Shown here piece by piece: positions 35,914 through 48,454 of a DNA stretch of 64,000 nt. Within the stretch, counting starts at the first letter, position 1. The number at the start of each line of letters is the position of its first letter. Origin of the DNA: Ranitomeya imitator (taxonomy: Eukaryota); NCBI RefSeq assembly GCF_032444005.1, contig NC_091291.1, positions 27,776,001-27,840,000 on the forward strand. Reading direction: 5' to 3'. Position numbers and translations under genes: made by a program. The notes below the pieces were generated by a model. It worked only from the letters and a program-made list of their open reading frames with translations, did not search any database and was not told where the DNA came from.

Positions 35914-36394
35914 AAGGGACTGTCTGACTCTTTAAATAACTAAGCCGTCCCTCTCTTTATCATGGCTAATAGAGAGAGAGAAAAGGGGTCTGGCTAACTG
36001 GCTCTTTAAATAACTCAGCCATCCCTCTCTTTATCATAGCTAATATATATATAGAGAGAAGGGGGCTGGCTGACTGGCTCTTTAAATAACTAAGTCATCC
36101 CTCTCTTTATCATGGCTAGTAGAGAGAGAAGGGGGCTGGCTGGCTCATTTAAATAACTAAGCCATCCTTCTCTTTATCATGACTAATAAAGAGACAGAGA
36201 GAGAAGGGGGCTGGCTAACTGGCTCGTTAAATAACTAAGCCATGCCTCTCTTTATCATAGCTAATAGAGAGAGAGAGGGGGGAGGCTAGCGTAGTTATTG
36301 CAATGAGCCAGTCAGCCTGCCCCCTTCACCACTTCTAATTTTTAGAATTGTTAAATTTTAATTTCTGAGCTCCAGCAATTTTGGAACACATTAA
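35285..36394. mobile_element. TTAA-bounded MITE whose subterminal unit is tandemly amplified (~75 bp, ~14 copies)
   Basis: TTAATGTGTTCCAAAATT / AATTTTGGAACACATTAA termini and ~110-bp imperfect TIRs; internal GGGGCTGGCTGACTGGCTC...ATCATGGCTAAT(GA)n repeats. Confidence 0.8.
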
Positions 36395-36458
36395 AAAAGC
36401 AAAAATGAACATGTATGAAAATATATTTAACTCTGACAATTATTTATTTTTTTTGCAG

Positions 36459-36595
36459 TTCAGTATCCAGATAACTTACAATGTTTGGATGTTCCTGTTC
36501 TTTCGACCTCAAGCTGTAAATCTTCTTATCCCAACAAAATCACCAATAATATGTTCTGTGCCGGTTACTTAGAGGGAGGAAAGGACTCGTGTCAG
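36459..36595 (+). CDS. Trypsinogen-like serine protease, exon 4 (S1 Asp189)
   Basis: (V)[14 protein letters not shown]...[15 protein letters not shown]; 137 nt; donor GTAAGT. Confidence 0.96.
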
Positions 36596-36916
36596 GTAAG
36601 TATGGAAAGAAAGATGTGTATCATTACATTCAGTGGGACTAGTCCTACGGGAAGGGGAAGTAAGGGGGGACTTCTAACAACTTACTTATATGCTTTTTGC
36701 TGTAAGGACTATTCCTAGTCTAATGTCTAAACTGAGCCAATGAGATGTTATTACCTTACTTTTCACAATCTCTGAAACAGTAAAAACTGCAGCTGCATCT
36801 TCCTCCTCTCCCCTCCTCATATATTTCTCATTAGATGCATTGTTCTCTTCAGCTCTCCGTGTTTTTTTCATGGGAGGTTTGAGAAATTATATATATATGT
36901 ATATATATAATATATA

Positions 36917-38520
36917 CAGTGGGGCAAAAAAGTATTTAGTCAGTCAGCAATAGTGCAAGTTCCACCACTTAAAAAGATGAGAGGCGTCTGTAATTTACAT
37001 CATAGGTAGACCTCAACTATGGGAGACAAACTGAGAAAAAAAAATCCAGAAAATCACATTGTCTGTTTTTTTATCATTTTATTTGCATATTATGGTGGAA
37101 AATAAGTATTTGGTCAGAAACAAAATTTCATCTCAATACTTTGTAATATATCCTTTGTTGGCAATGACAGAGGTCAAACGTTTTCTGTAAGTCTTCACAA
37201 GGTTGCCACACACTGTTGTTGGTATGTTGGCCCATTCCTCCATGCAGATCTCCTCTAGAGCAGTGATGTTTTTGGCTTTTCGCTTGGCAACATGGACTTT
37301 CAACTCCCTCCAAAGGTTTTCTATAGGGTTGAGACGTGGAGACTGGCTAGGCCACTCCAGGACCTTGAAATGCTTCTTACGAAGCCACTCCTTCGTTGCC
37401 CTGGCGGTGTGCTTTGGATCATTGTCATGTTGAAAGACCAAGCCATGTTTCATCTTCAATGCCCTTGCTGATGGAAGGAGGTTTGCACTCAAAATCTCAC
37501 AATACATGGCCCCATTCATTCTTTCATGTACCCAGATCAGTCGTCCTGGCCCCTTTGCAGAGAAACAGCCCCAAAGCATGATGTTTCCACCACCATGCTT
37601 TACAGTAGGTATGGTGTTTGATGGATGCAACTCAGTATTCTTTTTCCTCCAAACATGACAAGTTGTGTTTCTACCAAACAGTTCCAGTTTGGTTTCATCA
37701 GACCATAGGACATTCTCCCAAAACTCCTCTGGATCATCCAAATGCTCTCTAGCAAACTTCAGACGGGCCCGGACATGTACTGGCTTAAGCAGTGGGACAC
37801 GTCTGGCACTGCAGGATCTGAGTCCATGGTGGCGTAGTGTGTTACTTATGGTAGGCCTTGTTACATTGGTCCCAGCTCTCTGCAGTTCATTCACTAGGTC
37901 CCCCAGCGTGGTTCTGGGATTTTTGCTCACCGTTCTTGTGATCATTCTGACCCCACGGGGTGGGATTTTGCGTGGAGCCCCAGATCGAGGGAGATTATCA
38001 GTGGTCTTGTATGTCTTCCATTTTCTAATTATTGCTCCCACTGTTGATTTCTTCACTCCAAGCTGGTTGGCTATTGCAGATTCAGTCTTCCCAGCCTGGT
38101 GCAGGGCTACAATTTTGTTTCTGGTGTCCTTTGACAGCTCTTTGGTCTTCACCATAGTGGAGTTTGGAGTCAGACTGTTTGAGGGTGTGCACAGGTGTCT
38201 TTTTATACTGATAACAAGTTTAAACAGGTGCCATTACTACAGGTAATGAGTGGAGGAAAGAGGAGACTCTTAAAGAAGACGTTACAGGTCTGTGAGAGCC
38301 AGAAATCTTGATTGTTTGCTTCTGACCAAATACTTATTTTCCACCATAATATGCAAAAAAAATGATAAAAAAACAGACAATGTGATTTTCTGGATTTTTT
38401 TTTTCTCAGTTTCTCTCCCATAGTTGAGGTCTACCTATGATGTAAATTACAGACGCCTCTCATCTTTTTAAGTGGTGGAACTTGCACTATAGCTAACTGA
38501 CTAAATACTTTTTTGCCCCA

Positions 38521-38523
<3 letters not shown>
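36917..38523 (-). mobile_element. Full-length Tc1 element (1607 bp, long TIRs) in protease intron 4
   Basis: TA|CAGTGGGGCAAAAAAGTATTTAGTCAG ... CTGACTAAATACTTTTTTGCCCCACTG|TA; ~200-bp TIRs. Confidence 0.97.
37133..38155 (-). CDS. Tc1 transposase, 340 aa, DD34E triad intact
   Basis: LWSDETK, FQHDNDP and NPIENLW with 34 residues between the second D and the E; SPDLNPI reads SPRLNPI. Confidence 0.95.
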   Translation of the reverse strand: MVKTKELSKDTRNKIVALHQAGKTESAIANQLGVKKSTVGAIIRKWKTYKTTDNLPRSGAPRKIPPRGVRMITRTVSKNPRTTLGDLVNELQRAGTNVTRPTISNTLRHHGLRSCSARRVPLLKPVHVRARLKFAREHLDDPEEFWENVLWSDETKLELFGRNTTCHVWRKKNTELHPSNTIPTVKHGGGNIMLWGCFSAKGPGRLIWVHERMNGAMYCEILSANLLPSARALKMKHGLVFQHDNDPKHTARATKEWLRKKHFKVLEWPSQSPRLNPIENLWRELKVHVAKRKAKNITALEEICMEEWANIPTTVCGNLVKTYRKRLTSVIANKGYITKY

Positions 38524-38559
<36 letters not shown>

Positions 38560-38560
<1 letters not shown>

Positions 38561-40218
38561 TAGAAGGTGGCCCGATTCTAACGCATCGGGTATTCTAGAA
38601 TATGTATAGTAGCATATAGCACAGCCCATGTAGTATATTGCACAGCCCATGTAGTATATAGCACAGCCCACGTAGTATATAACACAGCTCACGTAGTATA
38701 TAACACAGCCCACACAGTATATAACACAGCCACGTAGTATATTGCCCAGCCACGTAGTATATACCACAGCCCACGTAGTATATAGCACAGAGATGCAGTA
38801 TATAACACAGCCACGTAGTACATAACACAGCCCATGTAGTATATTGCACAGACACGTAGTATATAGCACAGCCCACGTAGCATATAACACCAGCACGTAG
38901 TATATAGCACAGAGACGTAGTATATAACACAGCCCACGCAGTATATAACACAGCCCACGCAGTATATAACACAGGCCACGCAGTATATAACACAGCCCAC
39001 ATAGCATATAACACAGCCCACGTAGAATATAACACAGCACATGTAGTATAGAGCAGCCACGTAATATATAACACAGCCCACGTAGTATATTGCACAGCCA
39101 CGTAGTATATAGCACAGCCCACGTAGTATATAATACAGGCACGTAATATATAGCACAGAGACGTAGTATATAACATAGCCCACGCAGTATATAACACAGG
39201 CCACGCAGTATATAACTCAGCCCACATAGTACATAACACAGCCCACGTAGTATATAACACAGCCATGTAGTATATAACACAGCCCACGTAGTATATAACA
39301 CAGGCACGTAGTATATAGCACAGAGACATAGTATATAACACAGCCCACGCAGTATATTCCACAGCCCATGCACATGGGTTTTTTTTGCCTTCCTCTGGAT
39401 CAACATGTTAGGGCATGTTAGGTTAGGCTATGGGTTGAACTAGATGGACTTAAAGTCTTCCTTCAACCTTAATAACTATGTAACTATGCAACTATGTATA
39501 TATCACAGGCCACGCAGTATATAACACAGGCCACGCAGTATATAGCAATGTGGGCACCATATCCCTGTAAAAAAATATTTGAAATAAAAAATAGTTATAT
39601 ACTCACCTACTGACGGCCTCTGAATCCAACCCAGGCATTTAGCGATGCTCCTCGCGACGCTCCGGTCCTAAGAATGCATTGTGGCACTTACACTTGATCA
39701 TGTAGCGGTCTAGAGAGACCGCTACGTCATCATCTTGCGAGACTGCTACGTGATCTGGAGTCATTGCCGCATTGCATTCTTGGGACCGGAGCGTCGCGAG
39801 GAGCGGGAAAGGCGCCGGAAAGTGAGAATGTAATGATTTTTTATTTTTTGTATTATTTTTAACATTAGTTCTTTTTACTATTGATGCTGCATAGGCAGCA
39901 TCAATAGTAAAAAGTTGGTCACACAGGGTTAATAGCAGCGTTAACGGAGTGCGTTACACCACGTTATGCCGCAGTGCAATGCACTCCGTGTAACGGACTG
40001 CTAAAACCCTATGTGGCCACTGACTGGAGGGGACTATGGAGGGGGCACTGACTGGAGGGGAGTATGGAGGGGGCACTGACTGGAGGGGAGTAGGTAGGGG
40101 CCAATTCGCGGCCGGACTGTGCCTGTGGCTGATTGGTCAGCGACCAGGGATTTCCGCGACAGACAGACGGAAGTTAGAAACAGACGGAAGTACTCCTTAG
40201 GCAATTATATAATATAGA
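38560..40218 (-). mobile_element. Second non-autonomous Helitron of the same family as 17604-19163
   Basis: Same CTAG/hairpin end and TCTATA start; inserted into the (TA)n run beside the Tc1. Confidence 0.88.
39376..39497 (+). mobile_element. CR1 3'-end fragment nested in the Helitron
   Basis: TTTTGCCTTCCTCTGGATCAAC...GGTTGAACTAGATGGAC...(CTATGTAA)-type tail. Confidence 0.78.
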
Positions 40219-40220
40219 TA

Positions 40221-40420
40221 GGTGGTGATGGCGAACTCAGTCGAGGGGTTCAAGAGAGGCCTGGATGTCTTCCTGGAGCAGAACAATATTGTATCATACA
40301 ATTATTAGGTTCTGTAGAAGGACGTAGATCTGGGGATTTATTATGATGGAATATAGGCTGAACTGGATGGACAAATGTCTTTTTTCGGCCTTACTAACTA
40401 TGTTACTATGTTACTATGTT
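40221..40420 (+). mobile_element. 200-bp 3' copy of the full-length CR1 family
   Basis: Matches 6497-6700 except for one substitution and a 3-nt indel; AGATA on both sides (40216-40220 and 40421-40425). Confidence 0.93.
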
Positions 40421-41520
40421 AGATATAAATATATGGACTATTGAGCGCTACACGCACCGATTTGAGGTTTCCGGGTACCGGGAGTTGAGACTGGCTGCCA
40501 TAGAGGACCGGATACAGTGTGAAGTCAATTGCTCATCTCTTCAACTGGGCGTCACTCTGCTCATTGGGGCATCTCCTTGCCCAGTCCGACATTGCCCAAC
40601 CAGTGTCACATTGTCTAGAGATACCCAGTGGCGTCACTTGAGTCTTGTAGGCTCCAATGCAAAAGCTCCAACAGGGCCCATAATTATTGCAAGTCTTTTT
40701 ATATTGGCCAAGGAGGCCTTTAGGGTCCCCTAGGCTCCAGGGTCTGGGTTGATGGCAACCCCTACACCTATCATAGTTATGCCCCCGGAGATACATCCTA
40801 TTACTATGGATTACCCAATTGTCATACAATTCCAAGAGGAACGACACAATGTTGATCAAACATGAATTAGTATTAACACTGGTCTGCAAAAAGTTGCAAA
40901 ATTATCACTTGGCCCTGAGGACATGTTGTGACTGGTAGTTTTGAACCGGGAATAATAACTGATGTGAACAGTAACATTTCTGTAATGTAGCAGCCACTCT
41001 CCCATACAGGGCTGTGATGACACCGTCTGACACATCCACCACCCAAACACAACTTGATATCAGTCATCAGTTGGGTCACACCGTGAGAATTTTCTTTTGT
41101 AGCTTTTTCTCATTGCATTAATATGTAAAGTTCTGTTGTCATGTTTCTTTACTGTTCAGAGTTTATGACCTGAGAGTCATAACGAAAGGCTCGATTTAAG
41201 CATTAGCAGGTTCCCTAACTGCAGAAATATATACACTGACTACTTCCTGCGATACAGAATACATCATACAGTGCTGGATTGGCAAGAACTAGCCCTTTGT
41301 TTGACCATTTGAGTCCTACTAAGGGCCGGCAACAGGATCTTTGGGTAACAGAGTCTCACTGGACAACTCTTCGCTTTGATGTTTCCACCATTCCTCCCAA
41401 GTACTATAATTTTTCCTATTTTCCAGTTGCTAGAGCTGTATTTTTGAGTACGAGCTGTAGTTTTTAGCGTTACCAATTTGGGGTCCATACAACTGGATTG
41501 ATTCGCAAGACTCCAGTCCG

Positions 41521-43012
41521 GCGTCCAGGTACCTGATGGCTAGATGGGAGACCTACGAATCTCTTACCTTCCGAAACCCATGGTGTGCAGGTACCTGATG
41601 GCTAGACGGTACACCTACGAATCTCTTACCTTCCAAAGCCCATGGTGTGCAGGTACCTGATGGCTAGACGGGACAACTACGAATCTCTTACCTTCCAAAG
41701 CCCATGGTGTTCAGGTATCTGATGGCTAGATGGTACACCTACGAATCTCTTACCTTCCAAAGCCCATGGTGTGCAGGTACCTGATGGCTAGACGGGACAA
41801 CTACGAATCTCTTACCTTCCAAAGCCCATGGTGTGCAGGTACCTGATGGCTAGACGGGACAACTACGAATCTCTTACCTTCCAAAGCCCATGGTGTTCAG
41901 GTACCTGATGGCTAGATGGGAGCCCTATGAATCTCTTATCTTCCGAAGTCCAGGGTGTGCAGGTACCTGATGGCTAGACGGGAGACCTACGAATCTCTTA
42001 TCTTCCGAAGTCCATGGTGTGCAGGTACCTGATGGCTAGATGGGACACCCACGAATCTCTTACCTTCCAAAGCCCATGGCGTGCATGTACCTCATGGCTA
42101 GATGGGAGACTTACGAATCTCTTACCTTCCAAAGCCCATGGTGTGCAGGTAACTGATGGCTAGACGGGACAACTATGAATCTCTTACCTTCCAAAGCCCA
42201 TGGTGTGCAGGTACCTGATGGCTAGACGGGAGCCCTATGAATCTCTTACCTTCCGAAACCCATGGTGTGCAGGTACCTGATGGCTAGACGGTACACCTAC
42301 GAATCTCTTACCTTCCAAAGCCCATGGTGTGCAGGTACCTGATGGCTAGACGGGACAACTACGAATCTCTTACCTTCCAAAGCCCATGGTGTTCAGGTAT
42401 CTGATGGCTAGATGGTACACCTACGAATCTCTTACCTTCCAAAGCCCATGGTGTGCAGGTACCTGATGGCTAGACGGGACAACTACGAATCTCTTACCTT
42501 CCAAAGCCCATGGTGTGCAGGTACCTGATGGCTAGACGGGACAACTACGAATCTCTTACCTTCCAAAGCCCATGGTGTTCAGGTACCTGATGGCTAGATG
42601 GGAGCCCTATGAATCTCTTATCTTCCGAAGTCCAGGGTGTGCAGGTACCTGATGGCTAGACGGGAGACCTACGAATCTCTTATCTTCCGAAGTCCATGGT
42701 GTGCAGGTACCTGATGGCTAGATGGGACACCCACGAATCTCTTACCTTCCAAAGCCCATGGCGTGCATGTACCTCATGGCTAGATGGGAGACTTACGAAT
42801 CTCTTACCTTCCAAAGCCCATGGTGTGCAGGTAACTGATGGCTAGACGGGACAACTATGAATCTCTTACCTTCCAAAGCCCATGGTGTGCAGGTACCTGA
42901 TGGCTAGACGGGAGCCCTATGAATCTCTTATCTTCCGAAGTCCATGATGTGCAGGTACCTGATGGCTAGACGGGAGACCTACGAATCTCTTATCTTTCGA
43001 AGTCCATGGTGT
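41521..43012 (+). repeat. 62-bp minisatellite (~24 copies) with a 682-bp higher-order duplication
   Basis: Unit GGTGTGCAGGTACCTGATGGCTAGACGGGACAACTACGAATCTCTTACCTTCCAAAGCCCAT; rare variants recur at +682 (41571/42253, 42079/42761). Confidence 0.95.
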
Positions 43013-44865
43013 GGTCCATTTAACTTAATAGGTCTGGCGCGACATCTTCTGTGAGACGTGATGCACAGATGGCATTGTGCCAGCCTTGGCTAATTAAAAA
43101 CTTTGCTGGTGACACCAAAAAGTAGGAGATTCTCATGTCTCCCGTCTAGCCATCAGGTACCTAGACACTAGACGGAAGTTTTGCGAATTAATCAGCTCAT
43201 CTCTACTCCCAACCATTTCCAGCTGTATAATATAACCACAACTCCGGTAAATGGAGCTGACTGATCTCAATACATGCCGAGTCCACATTCGTAATACATG
43301 TACGACAGATATTGCCAATGGAAATCTGGGCTGATTTGGCCCCCTAGGTACAACGGGCTCAAGCACTTGCCTGGGTGTGCTGAGTGGTGACGACTGCCCG
43401 TTCTCACTGCTGGGACTCCTGTCAATCACAATAATTGGGATTCCTTATCAGTAGTATGTACGGATGTCAGTCATTCATGGAACTGACAAATAATACATTT
43501 CAGGGGTTTTAAGTTTCCACACTGGAATCCCCTCGGTTCCACTTTACAAAACCTAAATAACCACAGATAGCAGATCACCCTCTAGTCCTATTTTCTCCAG
43601 ATTTTCCAAATATTTAAAACATTAATTTACATAAAAAGGTGTTCCTATATTAATTGGGGATATTACTGGGGTTTAAGGTAGGTGGAGAAGGTTAAATGCC
43701 CCATAAATTAGGACTGAAATGTTGGTGTCATTCTTATGATGATCTAGGTCTTTGTTTAATAAGTCGTGTTGTAACAGGGGAAATATGGAGAAATAAGAAG
43801 ATCTGAAATTAACCAAATTATGGGAAACTTTAAATTTGGGAACATGTATAATGATGCATAAGAACAAAAAAATGATGCTCAGTTCAAGCGTTGACACCAA
43901 CGCACCCCAAACCACCAAAGCTTTTAGGACTTGATCTTCTTTCTAGGATACTTGATTTAATTCACTACATTCCTGTTTTTTGGCATCAGCATATAAGCAA
44001 ACTATGGATCTGGTCATCCACCCCCCAAAAACATACAGTAAGACAGCCCCCGATAACGAATACGACTGCTTGGCAGCCTGATGAAGACCACAGAGATGCA
44101 TTTTGTGGTGGTGGTAGCACTACCTTCGTCTCCTCCTCCCAAGTATATGTTTCTTCTTTGCTCTCATGCATGATGTCTGAGCATACTATAGATGTGTGCC
44201 ACCACTTCTGCCAGATGTGCGGACCTAGACCCATGTCCTTATTGCTCCCCCATATGACTATCTTTATGACACCCCTGCTTGTAGCAATTCTGGAGCTTCA
44301 CATCATCCATAAAATATAGCGAAAAATGCCCTCTCTTTCAAGAGATCCGCCTAGCATACATTTAGCTTACCATTAACCCCTAAAGGGGAGAGATTGTCAG
44401 CGGCATTTAACTAGGTAACAGTCGCGGGTGGATCACGATTCCACCCGCGGCTGTTAGAGGCACATGTCAGCTGTTCAAAACAGCTGACGTGTGCCGGAAA
44501 AAATGTCGGTTCATCGCCGAAGCCCACGTCAAAGGGACAGAGTCCGATATCAGCGTACAATTTCGCCCGATGTTGGAAAAGGGTTAAAGGGAGTCTATTA
44601 GAACAAAATGACTACTCAAACCAAGCACAGATGCTCTTTGCACCCTCAGTGTAGCCAAGCATTTAATGCATCTACTTGTTTTTCATCTATCTCCATCCCT
44701 TACGTCCGTGAGTGACAGCCAGGAGAGGAAGAGATAGATGAAAAACAAGTAGGCGTGAAGGTGCACTGAACGTCTCACCCATGCCCAGGACGCACCGAGC
44801 ACCCGTGCTTGGTTTGAACAGTTTTTTTCTGCTGACAGACTCTCTTTAAGGCTTCTACTCCATGA

Positions 44866-45198
<333 letters not shown>

Positions 45199-45359
45199 TA
45201 AGAAGCCTTCATCACTTATCACATATTACTCTGCATTAAAGTCTGATATGAGAACGTGTGTGACTGTTTTCATCTGTGGTTATTGACTCTGCTGAGCAAA
45301 TACTGAAACCCGAGCCGTTCTCAGCCACAAGTGCAGTCAACAAAGGATTTTTTTTTCGA

Positions 45360-45700
45360 CTTTTACCACAACCCAGAAACTATTCGTTTGTGATAGAACA
45401 GAAAACTGAAATAAATAGGAACACCTGTTCTTGGGAGTAGAAGCAAATGCAATCTTTTATTTTCTATTATAAGGTCAGACACTAATGTTGGGGAGAGGCC
45501 GAACTCACAATCTACGTTCTTCAAGGTGGTTGACGTGCCGCCGGTCAACTTCTTCCACCAAACTTCCCAACCATTTCTGTATGGACCTTGTGCACTGGCA
45601 CAGCCATGAGAACACGAAAGGGTCTTCTCCAAAATGTCCCCATAAAGTTAGATGCTACAACTGTCCACAATATCTTGAGCTGAAGTGTTAAGATTTGACA
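45360..45700 (-). mobile_element. Degenerate Tc1 C-terminal fragment
   Basis: Remnants resembling the PAQSP / EHLW region of Tc1 transposases; heavily mutated. Confidence 0.5.
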
Positions 45701-45899
45701 GAAACATTACTTAACTGTGGCTCAACATAACACATTAACAATATTAAACAGGTTTGCATGAACGATGTCAATGCCTTTGAGCAGCAGATTTTGAGCTCCA
45801 TGTTCTACAATCATTTGACCGTAAAAAGACGATATTAACTAAAAAATTCCTTGAAATGATCAGCAGTTTGAAAAAAGTTGGTGATCTGCCCTGCTGGTT

Positions 45900-46102
45900 C
45901 TGTATCTCAATAAATATCTAATATGCGGGATCAGAGCATCTATGCAATTTAATTCTCGACTCGTTTCGCAGTTAGCAAACTTCTTCAGGAGAACCATAAG
46001 AGTTCTACTCCTGAGGAAGAAGATGGCTAACTGCGAAACGCGTTGAGAATAAAACCGCATAGAAAATCTGATACCGCATGTTGTATATTTATTGCGGGTA
46101 CA
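45900..46102. other. Inverted pair of Penelope-type repeats, each with a minimal hammerhead-like core
   Basis: Plus 46008-46047 CTC-CTGAGGA-AGAAGATGGCTAACTGC-GAAACGCGTT-GAG; minus 45992-45952 CTC-CTGAAGA-AGTTTGCTAACTGC-GAAACGAGTC-GAG; ~95-bp diverged inverted arms. Confidence 0.65.
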
Positions 46103-47443
46103 CAAGCATCACCAACTTTTTTCCACCACTGAAATCATGTTGGACTTTCCAGCAGCTGGAATGACTACTTTCCAGAGGGTAACACAACCTCCCAAGCCGA
46201 GCAAATAATGCATCCTTTCATAATGTACCGGATTGTTGCATAAAACCCTTTTGTGTTTGTATTGTCATCCCAGTTTCGATACAGAACAATAATAGATTAA
46301 TTCTTATTATTGGAAAGAAGGAAAGCATTAAATGTGCAGTCGGGTCCAGAAAACCCATTATCGAACGTCCTATTAGGGAATTCTGAGCTAATAGACAAGG
46401 GGATACCCTGATTAGGACCCTTGACTACCCTTGACTTCTACTCGAGATAAATGCTTGTGAGCATCTATTGCATTTCTATAAATTACATGGACATCCCATT
46501 GAATTATGTAATATTTCATTTGAACTGGGGTGGCACTACAGAAAACAGGAATGATTTGTTTCATCTTTTTCCATGGATCATTCCTTACCATAGAGCTTGC
46601 TGCAGGAGGATACCCTATAAACAGCTTTATATGGGGGCACGTTAAATGTAAAGGCATTATCCAAAGTGTATAACCTTTTTAAAGGGAATCCATCAGTAAA
46701 CTCAACCCCCCAAATTGCACACTTTAACATGTAGGTCTTTGAAAATGAGAATCCATTAACACCTTTATATCTTTTATCTGTTGCTGCACTTCGGAGTAAT
46801 TTGAGTTTTTATCCATTTGCAAATGAGATGCCAAATGAGCATGTCAGAGCACTTCTGGAGTCTCTGCTTCCTGAGGCTCTTTCCCGCCCATCACCAGCCT
46901 CTTTAGCTGGATTACTAAGTTGCTATCTGTATGACGTCAGGCACCAGGAAAGGAAATCAGACACTGAGCTATCAGTCAAGCTAGGCAGGCTGGTGGTAGA
47001 GAGGGAAATAACCTCGGGAGGAAGAAACTTATTAAGGACTCTGTCACGCCCAAAGCACTTAGCCCATTATTTGCATATTAATGAAAATACTAATTACTCA
47101 GGAATGAAGTAACAGATAGTTATAGGGGTTATACATTGGTTTATTTCCATTAATACCATCACTTTTATTCCTAGGCTTCATGAGTCATATAATTTGGCCT
47201 TCACCTGTCCTGCCACTGCAGTGCCCTGCCTCTACTTGCAACCTACAGTCTTCCGCCACTAACCCCTTGACCTCTGGCACATCCAACACTGACTATGTTG
47301 CCCGCATGTTATTGATGCTCTACTAAATTCGTGGACCATTTCGGAGGCCTAGAAGTTAGCACATGAGTGAGCGGAGAACAGGGCAGGGAGCTGCAGTGGC
47401 AAGAAAGCTGCCCACCTATTGGGATTTTATATCCTTTACCCCG

Positions 47444-48454
47444 TTACATAATTTTGGAGTATGAGCGATTAGTGTCACTTAAGACTGTCCCTTCCCTCGA
47501 GAGAACCACATTGGAGTTGATCACTTGGTCAGATATCCTTTTGAAAATCCTAAAAATTTCTTTTCGAAATTTAACCCCAACAAAGGCATAAATAATTGGG
47601 TTTATGCAAACATGAGATAGGCCCAAAGTCTCAGTAATCACCAAGCCGATGTCCAACATCTCTTCGAAATGGCAGCTCCGGGAGAAGTAGCCCATTCTTT
47701 GAAGAGTATCGATGAGCTGCAAAGATGTATATGGTGCCCAGCAGAAGAAGAAGACAAGTAGGAGAACGACAATTACTAACTGAGACCTTCTGGATTCGTT
47801 TAACCTGGACTCTTGAAGAGTGCAAAATATTCGAGAGTAGAAAAACAGCATAAAAATCAATGGGATAACGAAAGCAATAACAATTTTTGTAAGTTGTAAT
47901 GCAATCCTCAATGAGTTCGATTTTTCTGGGTCAAACTTGTAAATGCAGATTGTTGTGTGGGATAGCAGGTTTTCTCCAACGTCGCGAAAATAAAAGTCTT
48001 GCCAAGACAAAAAGCATGATAAACCCCAGACAAAAAGACAAATCATGATTGTGTGGATTGGCCGTTGCTTTTTATGAAGATCCATGGCATGGACGATGGA
48101 GAAATAGCGACTCAAACTAATAGCAACAAGGAGTAAAATGCTACTGTATATATTTATGGTGAACAAAGCTCCCAAAATCTTACAAGACACTTGACCAAAC
48201 AACCAACTGTAGCCATACTGGACGGCCCAAAATGGTAGAGTAAGACCAAGAAGAAGGTCAGACAAGGCCAACTGGAACAGATAGTGATCTGCTAGATGCC
48301 AGGAGGTTTGCCTGCTGATCAGTATGGTTAACACTAATCCATTTCCTATTAGATCCATGAGAAAAACAATCGCCAAGGCTGCCGGAACGAAGTATCCCAA
48401 AAACGACTCGGTTGGCTCACAAGCCGAGGTGTCCAAATTGGAGGGCGTAGGATC
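47444..48454 (-). CDS. CXCR3-like chemokine receptor, exon 2 (all seven TM helices)
   Basis: Acceptor GTGTCTCTAG| at 48454 in phase 0; GN, LALSD, TLPFW, SRYFSIVHA, CWAPY and NPIIYAFVGVKFR motifs. Which CXCR3 paralogue it is cannot be settled without a tree. Confidence 0.88.
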   Translation of the reverse strand, partial: DPTPSNLDTSACEPTESFLGYFVPAALAIVFLMDLIGNGLVLTILISRQTSWHLADHYLFQLALSDLLLGLTLPFWAVQYGYSWLFGQVSCKILGALFTINIYSSILLLVAISLSRYFSIVHAMDLHKKQRPIHTIMICLFVWGLSCFLSWQDFYFRDVGENLLSHTTICIYKFDPEKSNSLRIALQLTKIVIAFVIPLIFMLFFYSRIFCTLQESRLNESRRSQLVIVVLLLVFFFCWAPYTSLQLIDTLQRMGYFSRSCHFEEMLDIGLVITETLGLSHVCINPIIYAFVGVKFRKEIFRIFKRISDQVINSNVVLSREGTVLSDTNRSYSKIM

